Of a stretch of DNA of 36,407 bases, positions 16,073-24,782 are shown one piece after another. The DNA lies in contig JBEKWK010000001.1 of assembly GCA_049513175.1 (NCBI GenBank), forward strand, positions 1 through 36,407. Reading direction: 5' to 3'. Under the pieces are notes generated by a model. It was not told where the DNA came from. It did not search any database and saw nothing but the letters and a program-made list of their open reading frames with translations. Source of the stretch: FCB group bacterium. Its GTDB lineage: Bacteria; Bacteroidota; Ignavibacteria; Kapaibacteriales; UBA2268. Position 1 is the first letter of the stretch, and every line of letters starts with the position of its first letter. A program made the translations under genes and the position numbers.

Positions 16073-17239
16073 TTAATCATTTGTCGAGCGGGTTTTCAAT
16101 CTTAAAATACTATAAAAGAAACTGGAGAAAATAATCTGAAACCCTATTGTAAGTAATGTAATTGACGGGATAATAATTCTCATGGTTTGATTAATATTTG
16201 ATGTTTGGAATCCACCTTCACCGGCTAAAAGAACCGCATAAACAGTTAATGCTATCCCTGACAGAATCAAAATACCACCTATGACCAAACCATTTTCAAG
16301 TGTTGCAAATTTCATAAGTGTGCTTAGCTTTACATGACTTGGAAGAAGTTTCTCCTGAACAGCAAACGTTTTTGTTAAAACAGCAAAGGAAACTGCATGT
16401 AATCCTATTATTATGCCTGCAGACGCATACAACATTGTATGAACATCTAAAGATAATTTAGAACCGGGTAAAAGCCAAATACCAAGTAAAAACCCAAATA
16501 GCATTAAAAATAATCCGGGGTAAAGAAATAACCAGCGTGGACTGTACAACAATAAAAACCTCAAATGCCTCCATCCGTCATGAAAGGGCTTTAAATGTGG
16601 TGCTCTTGTTCGCCCCGAAGGCAGCATTTTGGTTGGAACTTCAGTAATTTTAAGATTAAATAAAGTAGCCTTTACAATCATTTCAGAAGCAAATTCCATT
16701 CCGGTAGTTCTTAAATCCATTTTTTCAAATGCCTCTTTTGAAAAACCCCTTAGACCGCAGTGGAAATCTCTGACCTTACTTTTAAAAAATATTCTTCCAA
16801 TACCTGATAATATAGGATTCCCGAAATACCTATTCAGAACTGACATTGCACCCTGTTGAATGCCTCCTTTAAATCTGTTCCCTACAACAAGTTCATAGCC
16901 TATTCTAAGCTTTTCAATAAATGGGAATAGATTTTCCAGGTCATGGCTTCCGTCCGAATCGCCCATAATTATAAACTTACCGCTTGCAGAATTGATACCT
17001 CCCATCAGAGCATTTCCATAACCTTTATCCTTGACAAAAACTACCTTAGCACCATTTTCTTCGGAAAGTCTTGCAGAATTGTCTGTACTTCCGTTATCTG
17101 CAATAATAACCTCCCCGTCAATATTGTAAATATCTATAAACTTTTGGGCATTTTTTACACAATTACCAACCGTTTCCGCTTCATTCAAACACGGTAGTAC
17201 TATTGATAATTCATGCTTATATTCTTTGTGATTTTCCAA
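16073..17239 (-). CDS. Glycosyltransferase family 2 with C-terminal TM bundle (polyprenyl-phosphate sugar synthase type, DPM1/GtrB/ArnC-like)
   Basis: LSIVLPCLNEAETV, ADNGSTDNS and GDSDGSHD (DxD) motifs. The C-terminal about 150 aa contains four hydrophobic helices (WLFLYPGLFLMLFGFLLGIWLL..., IIIPSITLLTIGFQIIFSSFF). Confidence 0.85.
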   Translation of the reverse strand: MENHKEYKHELSIVLPCLNEAETVGNCVKNAQKFIDIYNIDGEVIIADNGSTDNSARLSEENGAKVVFVKDKGYGNALMGGINSASGKFIIMGDSDGSHDLENLFPFIEKLRIGYELVVGNRFKGGIQQGAMSVLNRYFGNPILSGIGRIFFKSKVRDFHCGLRGFSKEAFEKMDLRTTGMEFASEMIVKATLFNLKITEVPTKMLPSGRTRAPHLKPFHDGWRHLRFLLLYSPRWLFLYPGLFLMLFGFLLGIWLLPGSKLSLDVHTMLYASAGIIIGLHAVSFAVLTKTFAVQEKLLPSHVKLSTLMKFATLENGLVIGGILILSGIALTVYAVLLAGEGGFQTSNINQTMRIIIPSITLLTIGFQIIFSSFFYSILRLKTRSTND

Positions 17240-17380
17240 AATTGTTTAATTGGAATAAATTACTATATAGAAAATATTTTTTTCAAAAATACAAAATTGA
17301 TACGAGATAATTTGAAATTATTGAGAATGGTAAACAGTTTATCATTTATGAAATAATCGGTAACCGGCGGTTTCTTAATA

Positions 17381-18727
17381 TTAATTATGCCCCTGGTACT
17401 TATATTTCTCTGTAACAGCTACCGGTGAGATAAGTCGGAAATCACCGAAACCGGAATTATCTGCAAATGTGAATTGTCTGTTTCCGGCATAGGTCCAAAC
17501 TTCATATCTTCTATTCATACTATTATTGGATATACTTGCATCAACATTCATAGGTCTGCCGAAAATAATATAGACCATGCCTTTATCAGTCAACCAACCT
17601 TCGGTATATGATTTAAACTCTTTATTCGCATATTCAATCCTGGCATAATATTCATCAAAAGCTTCGTTCCTGTCAGTGTTTGGTGTAGGGTCAAGCTTTC
17701 TCCAAAATTCAGCAAAACGCTTTTGTTTTTCATCCTGTGTGACACCGGATTCAATGTAATCTATATCGCTTTGATCCGTTACATACCGAAGCTGTCGTAT
17801 AGCTTTATTTAAATCGTTTAAGGTTGAGCCTGAAATAGTATGGTATATTTTAATGGAACGTTCAGATATGGCAAGGTATTCGCTTTTATCCTCATTTTGA
17901 GGGTTAGTGGCTTTAAGAGCTATTAATCTTAAAGTATATACACCGGATTTAATTTTGTCATTATACGGAATACGAATAAAATTCTGACTAACAGGTTTAT
18001 TTATGAATTTTCTGAATATGTTACTCTTTTCAACAACATCGCCATTTGTAGTAATAAATTCATATATGAAGTCAGCCGAATCTAATTTCACATTGTTATA
18101 AAATTCAAAGAAAATAAAATAACCATCATTTAAATCCCCTACATTATCTGAAATATGGGGTGTGATGACCTTTTTCCCTGATTTATCCTCAATAGAGCTA
18201 ACCAACAAAATTCCGCTAAGGGTACATTTATAAGCACTGTAATTAATGACGGTCATCCTTCGTGAATGCTGATATGTATTTGTTGAATAATTATCTGTGA
18301 GTATCGCCTCGATATCATAAGTTCCGGGAGCAATATTTAAAGGAATTTGAGAATAATCGAATTTTCCTGTACCGCCATTTACTGTAAAATAATCCGTTTC
18401 GGTAAGCTTCCTGTGAATTCTTTTCTCATCAATTTTTTTTCGTGTAGTATCGAATGCCTTAATGATTAAATCATATTCTGCTCCATAAATATCTTCTGAT
18501 TTTATGAAATTTAAGGAAGAATAAGGAACAAGAGTATAAACATCAACTCTGCCAATTGAATCTATAGTGCTTTTAAAACAAATTGCATCAAAATAAAATG
18601 ATGTATTATTTTCCACCCTTTCAGTGAACTGTGCATAAATCCGTATTTCAAAGAAAAATACAAATGTTATGAATAATATAAAATGTGCATACTTTTTTAT
18701 CATCCGCTTCTTATAATAATAATTCAA
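17381..18727 (-). CDS. GWxTD domain-containing secreted protein
   Basis: The C-terminal domain carries the eponymous motif (YTEGWLTDKGMVYIIFGRP) and upstream FWRKLDPTPNTDRNE. The signal peptide probably starts at the internal Met (MIKKYAHFILFITFVFFF, nt 18703), so the 5' end is uncertain by 24 nt. Confidence 0.8.
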   Translation of the reverse strand: MNYYYKKRMIKKYAHFILFITFVFFFEIRIYAQFTERVENNTSFYFDAICFKSTIDSIGRVDVYTLVPYSSLNFIKSEDIYGAEYDLIIKAFDTTRKKIDEKRIHRKLTETDYFTVNGGTGKFDYSQIPLNIAPGTYDIEAILTDNYSTNTYQHSRRMTVINYSAYKCTLSGILLVSSIEDKSGKKVITPHISDNVGDLNDGYFIFFEFYNNVKLDSADFIYEFITTNGDVVEKSNIFRKFINKPVSQNFIRIPYNDKIKSGVYTLRLIALKATNPQNEDKSEYLAISERSIKIYHTISGSTLNDLNKAIRQLRYVTDQSDIDYIESGVTQDEKQKRFAEFWRKLDPTPNTDRNEAFDEYYARIEYANKEFKSYTEGWLTDKGMVYIIFGRPMNVDASISNNSMNRRYEVWTYAGNRQFTFADNSGFGDFRLISPVAVTEKYKYQGHN

Positions 18728-18758
18728 TTATTCCCTAAAGTGGTTTGGAATATTAGTA

Positions 18759-19103
18759 TTATTCTTTGACGAGTTTAGTAAAAGCTTCGTCTACCGAATC
18801 GGCATAATCAAAAAGCTCGTCCAGTTGAGAAATGCTCAGCATTTTCATTACTACATCATTTACACCAACCAAAATTATTGGTGTCTCGTAATCCCTAAGC
18901 TGACGATTTGCGAGAAGTAATGCTCCAAGACCGGTACTGTCAATATAATCCACTTCAGAAATATCAAATATCAACGCTTCCAGGTCCGGCTGGCATAGAA
19001 TCAATAATTCTGCTTTCAACTGTGCTGAAATTTCTGTATCAAGGTTATGCCTCTTGAGGGTAAAAATTACAACGTTATCTCTGTGTTCAATAGTAAATCG
19101 CAT
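18759..19103 (-). CDS. STAS-domain anti-sigma-factor antagonist (SpoIIAA/RsbV-like)
   Basis: 114 aa. The conserved phosphorylatable-Ser context is DYIDSTGLGALL. Overall STAS pattern (VVIFTLKRHNLDTEISAQLKAEL...). Confidence 0.85.
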   Translation of the reverse strand: MRFTIEHRDNVVIFTLKRHNLDTEISAQLKAELLILCQPDLEALIFDISEVDYIDSTGLGALLLANRQLRDYETPIILVGVNDVVMKMLSISQLDELFDYADSVDEAFTKLVKE

Positions 19104-19247
19104 AATGTTATTTACGAATGTTATTAAATTTAATTATTTTAGCTATACAAATTAATTATACCTTAGTTAATTTAGAAATATTTTTTTTACAAAAGGAATA
19201 AAAATATTAAAAACCAACATAAAATACTTGTAATTAGGCTCAGTTCA

Positions 19248-20252
19248 ATGGGTGATGTTATTCTTACAACCGCATTTTTACGGATTTTACGGCATTCATA
19301 CCCTCAATCTGATATAGATTTTTTGGTTTCTTCAAAATTTAAGGAAATCTTAGAAAATAACCCAAATATTAATAATCTTATTGAGTATGATAAATCTAAA
19401 AGTATTTTAGAAATATTAAAATATAAACAGTTTATTAAAAATAAAAATAATTTTAAAAAATATGATATAGTTATTGACTTGCAAAATAATCTAAGGTCTT
19501 TTATATTTTCTTTAGGATTAGGCATAAAAAAATATAGGTTAAATAAACAGAGATTGAATAAACTTTCTCTTGTCTTTCTCAAGAAACCTTTAAAAAGTCT
19601 TATATCTAATATTCCTGAAATCTATATAAATTCAGTCCCAAAACTTGGATTAAAAGATGATAGTAAAGGTTTAGAATTCTGGTTTCCTGAAGATAAAATT
19701 AATAAATCTTATCCCGGCGAAACTACTAATAGTCCCAATGCTGATAATTTGAAAATCGCAATCGCACCGGGAGCTCATCATTATACAAAAAGATGGTTCA
19801 GTTCAAGATTTTCAGAGCTTATAAATCAAATTATAGAAAAATATAATGCTGAAATATATCTTATTGGGGGAGTTGATGATAAACCAATAACTGACCAAAT
19901 TAAAAGTGAATTAAATTTTGAAATAAATGATTTTTCAAATTCCTCATCTATTTTGAAAACTGCCGGTATTATTTCTCAGTGCAATTTATTGATTACAAAT
20001 GACACAGGTGTAATGCATATTGCTGCTGCCAGGAATGTTCCTGTGATAGCTATTTTCGGCTCTTCAGTAAAAGATTTCGGATTTACTCCTTATCGTGTTC
20101 CGAATACAATAGTTGAAAAAGAAGTTCCATGCAGACCTTGTTCTCATATTGGCAGGTCAAAATGTCCTAAAAAGCATTTCAATTGTATGATGAAAATTCA
20201 AGTGGAAGATGTTTTGAGCGCTGTTACTGATATGTTAATGTATGGTAACTAA
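19248..20252 (+). CDS. Glycosyltransferase family 9 (LPS heptosyltransferase-like)
   Basis: The GT9 N-terminal pattern ...LSSMGDVILTTAFLR and the C-terminal TNDTGVMHIAAA motif are present. The conserved first strand (KILVIRLSS) lies upstream of the first ATG, so the real start may be a non-ATG codon (see findings). Confidence 0.85.
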   Translation: MGDVILTTAFLRILRHSYPQSDIDFLVSSKFKEILENNPNINNLIEYDKSKSILEILKYKQFIKNKNNFKKYDIVIDLQNNLRSFIFSLGLGIKKYRLNKQRLNKLSLVFLKKPLKSLISNIPEIYINSVPKLGLKDDSKGLEFWFPEDKINKSYPGETTNSPNADNLKIAIAPGAHHYTKRWFSSRFSELINQIIEKYNAEIYLIGGVDDKPITDQIKSELNFEINDFSNSSSILKTAGIISQCNLLITNDTGVMHIAAARNVPVIAIFGSSVKDFGFTPYRVPNTIVEKEVPCRPCSHIGRSKCPKKHFNCMMKIQVEDVLSAVTDMLMYGN

Positions 20253-20321
20253 GTAATTTAATTGTACAAATAGAAATGATTTGTGGCTTTTGTTCTATCT
20301 TTTATGCTCATCAGAAAAAAC

Positions 20322-21257
20322 CTAATTTTTTCTTAAATCTCTTAATTGTATAAAAAGTTTTTTTTCTTCATCAGAAAGATTTTTAGGAAGTTTTACCTGA
20401 ATTTTAACATTCAGGTCTCCCCGATGGGATGGATTCAAATGATTTGGCATCCCCTGCCCTTTTATCTGTAATACTTTTCCCGGCTGTGTTTCCGGGGGGA
20501 TATTAATTTCTAAAATCCCGCTGAAGGTTTGTAATTTAGTTGTTCCTCCAAGTATAGCTTTATAAATATCTATAACAATTTCTATTGATAAGTCATCCCC
20601 TTTTCGTTCTACATGCTTATTTGGATTAATATTAATTTTGATTAATAAATCTCCTGATAGACCTCCATATTTCCCGGGCATCCCTTTGCCTGTAATTTTT
20701 AATATTTGTCCCACAGGCATTCCGGGTTTAATTTTTACCTCAATCTTTTTACCATTAATGTTTAATAACCGGGAAGTACCATGAAATGCTTCTTCAAGAG
20801 TTATATCTACCTGCGTTTGGATATCTTCACCCCTGGATGCAGTTCTTCTGAATCCTGTTCTTGTCGGACCTCCTTCACCGAAAATATTTTCAAAAAAATC
20901 CGACATTCCGCCAGTTTCAAAAAAATCACCAATACCTGAGAATCTTCCGCTTTTCTTTTGCCTCGAAGCACGGTTTCTTGCCATCCATTCACTCCAATCA
21001 AAATCATTCTCTTGTCCGCCTGACTGATGGAATCTATTCCATGATGAACCCAGATTATCAAATTTACTACGCTTTTCCGGGTCCTTCAACACCTCGTATG
21101 CTTCGTTTATATCCTTAAATTTATTTTCAGCATTTTTATCAGATTTGTTTTTATCAGGGTGATATTTTATCGCTAACTTGCGAAAAGCTTTCTTAATATC
21201 ATCCTGGCTTGCAGTCTTTTCAACGCCGAGTATTTTATAATAATCTTTGAATTCCAT
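20322..21257 (-). CDS. cbpA: DnaJ-family co-chaperone lacking the zinc finger (CbpA-type curved-DNA-binding protein)
   Basis: J domain DYYKILGV...KYHPDKNK, a G/F-rich linker, and two C-terminal beta-domains. There is no CxxCxGxG repeat. 311 aa. Confidence 0.8.
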   Translation of the reverse strand: MEFKDYYKILGVEKTASQDDIKKAFRKLAIKYHPDKNKSDKNAENKFKDINEAYEVLKDPEKRSKFDNLGSSWNRFHQSGGQENDFDWSEWMARNRASRQKKSGRFSGIGDFFETGGMSDFFENIFGEGGPTRTGFRRTASRGEDIQTQVDITLEEAFHGTSRLLNINGKKIEVKIKPGMPVGQILKITGKGMPGKYGGLSGDLLIKININPNKHVERKGDDLSIEIVIDIYKAILGGTTKLQTFSGILEINIPPETQPGKVLQIKGQGMPNHLNPSHRGDLNVKIQVKLPKNLSDEEKKLFIQLRDLRKN

Positions 21258-21283
21258 ATTTATTAAATTTTAACTTATATATT

Positions 21284-22492
21284 CTATAAATACCTATGAA
21301 CAATACCTTCCTGTTTCACAAATTTAGGATTATATTCAACAGGCTCTCTGCCAAAACATACTCCTAAAGCTTCATAAAATTCAACCTCGTATAAATCAAC
21401 AAGTCTTTGCTTAATTGCATCCGGAGTAGGGATATAGATAACGCTTTCATGCTCAACACCGACAACTGTAACCCCTGTTATTCCATTTTTCATTAACAAA
21501 ACAGCGGCACCTCCACCCTGTTTTCCGAATGCAACATCGTAGCTCGTTGTTTGTCCTGCACGTACAAGATGTCCTAATGATACTTCTCTTATTTCGGGGA
21601 ACATATATATATCTTCGACATAAATGCCTTCCTGCTTTAAGACTTTTCCCCAATCATCATCCTGCTTCATATAATGTTCAAGCTGTTTTCTTATGTATTG
21701 TCCGACACCAGTAAGTTTTTGATGTCCAAATGAATCCAAAGCTTCCGCATCGGTAAAATATTTTCCTTCTTTATCTTTCACACCTTCTGCCGCTACAATA
21801 ATGTAAGTTGAACCTTTAACATCGCTGGATATTAGCCTGCTCATATACCTTGATTTAAAATGGCGATACACTACTTCATAGTCCACATTTATTTCGGGAA
21901 TAAGAATGCAATCCGCATCGGCACCAATTCCACCGCGGAAAGCCGTATGTCCGGCATACCTGCCGAAAACTTCAATCACTAATGCACGGTTATGAGTCAA
22001 ACCTGTAGTTCTTAAATCCGAAGTAAATTTTGATATTCTGTTAATTGTAGAATCCCCGCCAACCGAATAAGTTTGAAGGTCAAGGTCCATTGTTTTCGGG
22101 ACATGGACGCATTCTATCCCCTGGCTTATTAAATCTACAACCACTGAGCCGGTATCATCTCCTCCTGCAATTATTAGACCGTCAATTTTATGTTTACTCA
22201 AACCTTCTCTTATAATATCATATTTATGTTCATCCTTGATTTTAGAGATTTTTACGCGGGAGTGACCTGCTTCGCTTCCGGCAACTTCTGAATATATTCT
22301 ATCAATTCGAGGCGGGTCAATAATTACAGGGACAAGATTTTTCAGATTATATAAACCTGCATAACCGTTGGGAATCAGGCATAGCTCGATACCATAATGA
22401 TGAGCCATACGAGCCGCTCCATGTATAACCGCATTTAAGCCGCCGCAATCCCCACCACTCGTTATTACACCTAATTTTTTAATATTTTTCAT
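21284..22492 (-). CDS. pfk: 6-phosphofructokinase family enzyme with a PPi-dependent-type signature
   Basis: N-terminus LGVITSGGDCGGLNAVI. IIAGGDDTGS (GGDD rather than GGDG), VPKTMDLDL (Lys at the Gly124-equivalent position), EVFGRYAGH. Confidence 0.9.
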   Translation of the reverse strand: MKNIKKLGVITSGGDCGGLNAVIHGAARMAHHYGIELCLIPNGYAGLYNLKNLVPVIIDPPRIDRIYSEVAGSEAGHSRVKISKIKDEHKYDIIREGLSKHKIDGLIIAGGDDTGSVVVDLISQGIECVHVPKTMDLDLQTYSVGGDSTINRISKFTSDLRTTGLTHNRALVIEVFGRYAGHTAFRGGIGADADCILIPEINVDYEVVYRHFKSRYMSRLISSDVKGSTYIIVAAEGVKDKEGKYFTDAEALDSFGHQKLTGVGQYIRKQLEHYMKQDDDWGKVLKQEGIYVEDIYMFPEIREVSLGHLVRAGQTTSYDVAFGKQGGGAAVLLMKNGITGVTVVGVEHESVIYIPTPDAIKQRLVDLYEVEFYEALGVCFGREPVEYNPKFVKQEGIVHRYL

Positions 22493-22681
22493 CTAAATAC
22501 TCCTGAACTTATTTTGTTAGTGCTTCAATTTTCCTATTAAGTTAATTTTATTTAATAATATATTTTGGGAGAAAATAATACGTCAATTATTGCCTTTTTT
22601 TGTTATAAATAATTATTTAGTAAAATTAAACTTTATTAGAAAACTAAATTAATTATTTTTTTTCTTTTTATAGCATATACT

Positions 22682-22689
22682 TAAATTTG
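22682..22689 (+). promoter_or_regulatory. Candidate Bacteroidetes-type -7 promoter box (TAAATTTG) for the GT4-EamA pair
   Basis: Exact TAnnTTTG match 41 nt upstream of the ATG at 22730. No convincing -33 TTTG was seen. Confidence 0.25.
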
Positions 22690-22729
22690 TTTTTCATCAA
22701 TTTAAGGAACTGTTCTTAGAATTATAAGT

Positions 22730-23869
22730 ATGGATATTATCAATCAGGTATTCGATATATGTTTCATTTCAATGTCCGATATTTCAACGGACGCAAGAAC
22801 AATTAATTTTGCTAAAACATTTGCAAAAAACAGTAAAAAGGTTTGCGTTATATCCTATTGCTCAAATAAGGACATCATTAAATTTTCAAAAAATAATATT
22901 TTACTTCTGCCCGTCCCAAAGCCGCTATACAAAAAAGCATTTTTAAAAACTTACCATTTCCAAAAATGGATTAAAAATAATTATACGAATATAAAAGCGA
23001 AGAACTATTGGGCAGAAGATATTTACTCTTTATATCCTGCGTCAAAACTTTCAAAAGTACACAAAGGTAAATTAATATATGATTCAAGGGAAATTTATTC
23101 AGCTTTAGGACCATTGCATAGAAATCCCTTTAAGCAAAAAGTTTTATCACGTTTCGAAAAGAGGCTGATTAAATATGTAAATGAAATTGTTGTTACTGGT
23201 GTAATGGATGCAGAGTATTTGAAAGAATATTTCCAAAAGGATATTCCGGTTCATGTTGTTCAAAATCTACCATATTATAAAGAAAAAATAAATTCAAATA
23301 TCTTAAGAGAAAAATATGGAATTCCACAAGATAAATTCATTATTATCTACCAGGGCATGCTTTTACCCGGCAGAGGGATTATCAAAATAGTAGAAGCCTT
23401 AAATCATCTACCGGATGCCGTTTTCTGCATACTTGGAGAAGGAAATTACAAAAATAAAATATTGGAAACTGCAGAAAATTTAAAGCTTGCTAATAAAGTA
23501 TTTTTCTGTGGGGTAGTTCCCTATTATGAATTGCATAAATGGACTTCGTCTGCAGATGTGGGCACAGTCTTTATAGAACCGATTTCTTTTTCATATGAAC
23601 TTTCATTGCCTAATAAATTATTTGAATACTGTATGGCAAGGATTCCTTCATTGGTTAGTGATTTACCCGCTATGAGAGCCGTATTGAATGAGTATCCTAT
23701 CGGGAAAATTATCTCAGTAGAATCAACTGCTGAAGATATTGCAAATACAATTAGGGAGCTTGCTTCAAATGAAAAAAAAGAACAATATTTAAAAGCTTGT
23801 AACCAAGCATCAAAGATTTTTTGTTATGAAACACAGGAAGAAAAGATTTTATCAATTGCAAAGGTCTAA
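22730..23869 (+). CDS. Glycosyltransferase family 4 (GT-B fold)
   Basis: The C-terminal GT1/GT4 signature includes EX7E (ELSLPNKLFEYCMARIPSLVSD), with FIIIYQGML...GRG upstream. 379 aa. Confidence 0.8.
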   Translation: MDIINQVFDICFISMSDISTDARTINFAKTFAKNSKKVCVISYCSNKDIIKFSKNNILLLPVPKPLYKKAFLKTYHFQKWIKNNYTNIKAKNYWAEDIYSLYPASKLSKVHKGKLIYDSREIYSALGPLHRNPFKQKVLSRFEKRLIKYVNEIVVTGVMDAEYLKEYFQKDIPVHVVQNLPYYKEKINSNILREKYGIPQDKFIIIYQGMLLPGRGIIKIVEALNHLPDAVFCILGEGNYKNKILETAENLKLANKVFFCGVVPYYELHKWTSSADVGTVFIEPISFSYELSLPNKLFEYCMARIPSLVSDLPAMRAVLNEYPIGKIISVESTAEDIANTIRELASNEKKEQYLKACNQASKIFCYETQEEKILSIAKV

Positions 23870-24727
23870 ATGTATATACTGATTTTTATTCAACAATTAT
23901 TAGCTTCGGGTACTCATATCATTGTTAAGGATTTGACAAATTCATTACAGACTCCTTTCCTTTTATTTCTTCGTTCCATAATTGCAGCTCTCTTTTTCAT
24001 AGGCTGGATTTTATTCCGTAGAAAAAAAATAATCAAAATAGATAAAAAAGATATTCCGGTATTTTTATTACTCGGTTTAATAAATATACCGATTAATCAA
24101 TTCTTATTTTTTGTAGGAGTACATTTGTCAACTGCACCCAATGCGGCTTTAGCTTATGCTCTGACACCTGCGTTTGTATTAATAATAGCTATTATTTTTT
24201 TAAAAGAAAGTCATACATGGCAAAAAATTTTGGGAATAATCATTGCAATCGGCGGAACATTAATAATTTTATTTGAACATGGGGTTGATTTTTCTTCGAA
24301 TTATCTCATTGGTAATATCTTAGTTCTATTAGCAAGTTTTTCGTGGGCGATTTATACTATATTAGGAAAAAATATTGCAATAAAATACGGAGCTATGTAT
24401 TCGACCGCTTTATCAATGATATTAGGGTTTATATTGTTTTTACCAATCTTTTTTATTTTAAAGCCACCCTTAGATTATTCATCAATTTCAATATTCGGGT
24501 GGAGTGAAATTATTTATTTGGGGTTACTTTCTTCAGCAGTGTCTTATGGAATCTGGTTTTATGCTCTGACAAAAATTGAAGCAAGCAAAGTTGCTGTGTT
24601 TAATAATTTACAACCAATCTTTACGACGATATTAGCAATGTTCTTTTTCCATCAGCACCTTACGATAGCATTTATCGCAGGTGGCATTTTAATATTAGGT
24701 GGTGTTTTTGTTACACAAAAGGGGTAA
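23870..24727 (+). CDS. EamA/DMT-superfamily transporter
   Basis: 285 aa with about 10 TM helices in two EamA-like halves. Its ATG directly abuts the stop of the GT4 gene (TAAATG). Confidence 0.85.
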   Translation: MYILIFIQQLLASGTHIIVKDLTNSLQTPFLLFLRSIIAALFFIGWILFRRKKIIKIDKKDIPVFLLLGLINIPINQFLFFVGVHLSTAPNAALAYALTPAFVLIIAIIFLKESHTWQKILGIIIAIGGTLIILFEHGVDFSSNYLIGNILVLLASFSWAIYTILGKNIAIKYGAMYSTALSMILGFILFLPIFFILKPPLDYSSISIFGWSEIIYLGLLSSAVSYGIWFYALTKIEASKVAVFNNLQPIFTTILAMFFFHQHLTIAFIAGGILILGGVFVTQKG

Positions 24728-24740
24728 AGAATTTTACCCC
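24721..24740. terminator. Hairpin between convergent genes (probable terminator, mainly for the minus-strand gene)
   Basis: GGGGTAAA (24721-24728), loop GAAT, TTTACCCC (24733-24740). On the minus strand it is followed by CTTTTGTG. On the plus strand it overlaps the EamA stop codon and has only a weak T-tract. Confidence 0.5.
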
Positions 24741-24782
24741 TGTTGCAATTAAAGTTTAATTAAGATAAAATTAGAAAAAAAA

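Noticed and set aside
17352-17372. The GC-containing segment ATCGGTAACCGGCGGTTTC downstream of the GWxTD gene, considered as a terminator hairpin.
   Set aside because: The possible stems are only 3-5 bp with loops of 1-3 nt (CGG-TAA-CCG / AACCG-G-CGGTT). That is too weak and too sterically constrained for an intrinsic terminator.
20264-20295. A possible terminator between the GT9 and cbpA genes (ACAAAT-AGAAATG-ATTTGT followed by GGCTTTTG).
   Set aside because: The stem is 6 bp and almost entirely A/U with a 7-nt loop. Stability is too low to call it with confidence.
20322-21257. A CbpA/CbpM-type chaperone-modulator pair.
   Set aside because: Only the cbpA-like gene is present. The region downstream (20253-20321) is non-coding and is followed by a convergent gene, so there is no cbpM candidate.
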